DNA of 33,167 nt, from NCBI RefSeq assembly GCF_001194135.2, contig NC_068991.1, forward strand, positions 32,811,422 to 32,844,588, in the 5' to 3' direction. The notes beneath the pieces were generated by a model, which had not been told where the DNA came from, ran no database searches, and saw only the letters and a program-made list of their open reading frames with translations. Positions 32,228-33,167 of the stretch are shown piece by piece. The first letter of the stretch is position 1. Every line of letters begins with the position of its first letter. A program made the translations under genes and the position numbers. Origin of the DNA: Octopus bimaculoides. Its lineage: Eukaryota.

Positions 32228-32656
32228 AGTGGCAAATATACTTCACGTTGTCGTGCAGTTGCTGTTTATACCTTGTTCAGAGATTTAACATTATATGTAT
32301 ATCATATCTATAAAAGTCGAGATGTGTGTGTGTGTACGTGAATGTAGTTTATGCAAGTCCACAAATTAGCACATATGTCGCTCCAATTTTAGGAGGAGAT
32401 TCAGAATGACTCTATGTGCATTTTCACCAATTTTCTCTCTCAGAGGTACCCGCATATACCTGTAAAAATCGATTTTCAACCATAACTTTTACCAATTTTG
32501 AAGTTTGCGCTTGAAGGAGAGAGAGAAAGAAATTGTATGTTTGTGAGAGGGAGGGTGAAGGAGAGTTACATTTTGTTTGCCAGCATCTAACAGTGTCTTA
32601 ACAGTTGTGTGGTAAGCAGCAAACAACAAGCAAAAAGAAAAAAATACCTTCTCCCT

Positions 32657-32914
32657 CCCTTACACACACATGCCAGTTATCTCTCTTTCTTTCTCTCCTT
32701 CTCTCACACACACAGCAACATTACACACAAAACACATGTTGCCAAAAAGAAATAGACGCTATCTTTTTATAGTGAGTATGCAAGACAGAAAGTGTGGTGT
32801 GTATGTGAAGTTCTTTTGTCAGTGTGAGAGAGCAGCATGTGTGTGTGTGTAATGTTGCTGTGTGTGTGAGACAGGGAGAGAGAGAAAGAGAGATAACTGG
32901 CATGTGTGTAAGGG
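32657..32914. repeat. Approximately 80-bp inverted repeat built from CA/CT-rich sequence
   Basis: CCCTTACACACACATGCCAGTTATCTCTCT...CAGCAACATTACACAC..CATG (32657-32738) is mirrored at 32836-32914. An extra partial unit sits at about 32935-32960. Confidence 0.8.
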
Positions 32915-33167
32915 AGAGAGAGAGAGAGGAGTAAGAGATAACTGGCATGTGTGTAAGGGAGGGTGAGAGATAGAGTGGAAGAGAGATAGAGAGGGAGAGC
33001 GTGCTCTCTCTATCTCTTTCGCGTTCTTTCCCAACACTTTTTATGGAAACTGCCGAATTGATGTAAACAAACCCATATGGTCTGATTTTCACGTTTCTAG
33101 GTATTGTACCGTAAATCGCCATTTCCAAAATGTATTTATTTTAAATCATTTATCCGTATATATATGT

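Overview
AT-rich eukaryotic DNA made almost entirely of nested, decayed transposable elements and microsatellites, with five N gaps. The SINE and RTE families resemble those I know from octopus/cephalopod genomes (an inference, not a database result). I found no supportable host gene, rRNA, true tRNA or CRISPR array. Contents: several copies of an RTE-type LINE whose reverse transcriptase carries an embedded C4HC3 (PHD-type) finger, a BovB-like RTE split by an LTR-like insertion, an L1/Tx1-type remnant, two Penelope-like fragments, mariner, piggyBac and Helitron remnants, two tRNA-derived SINE families and hairpin MITEs. The most interesting points are the PHD-in-RT architecture, minimal hammerhead-ribozyme-like motifs with a shared variant core, a 147-bp tRNA-head/RTE-tail chimeric SINE, a Penelope-like fragment with inverted repeats, a TG...CA insertion that restores the RTE frame when removed, and Helitron fragments in permuted order.
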